A DNA stretch of 64,000 nucleotides from Takakia lepidozioides (taxonomy: Eukaryota; Plantae; Bryophyta). The notes beneath the pieces are model-generated. The model did no database searches. It was not told where the DNA came from and saw only the letters and a program-made list of their open reading frames with translations. The stretch lies in NCBI GenBank assembly GCA_030704615.1, contig CM060731.1:46562001-46626000 (forward strand), in the 5' to 3' direction. A program made the position numbers and the translations under genes. The first letter of the stretch is position 1, and every line of letters begins with the position of its first letter. Of the stretch, positions 63,963-64,000 are shown piece by piece.

Positions 63963-64000
63963 GTAGAGCCAGATAGAAGGGGGAGGAGGACGCATTTGTA

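Overview
Eukaryotic nuclear DNA from what looks like a non-seed land plant (bryophyte, lycophyte or fern; the species cannot be assigned from sequence). Three intact multi-exon genes lie on the minus strand in the middle of the window: a Ubl-WLM-PUB metalloprotease (WSS1B-type, 14996-24586), an ARF-GEF of the BIG5/MIN7 type (26200-43639) and an alpha/beta-hydrolase lipase (46097-53530). Both flanks are packed with decayed transposons and gene fragments: two PIF/Harbinger relics, CACTA-like ends, a MITE with a 4-bp TSD, tRNA-derived SINEs, L1 fragments, and PPR and AUX1/LAX pseudogene pieces. Three observations stand out. (1) At the right edge is an intron-containing, decayed gene that appears to fuse a ParB/Srx-like DGNHR domain to an amino-methyltransferase-like segment. 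(2) Eight copies of one non-L1 LINE family sit only in introns; they have almost no 3' UTR, no poly(A), and a TCT/(TC)n target preference. (3) A nested non-autonomous element carries seven copies of a hairpin repeat, up to 22 bp of stem, whose mismatches in the intact copies are all G-T/G-U. All coordinates and translations were done by eye.
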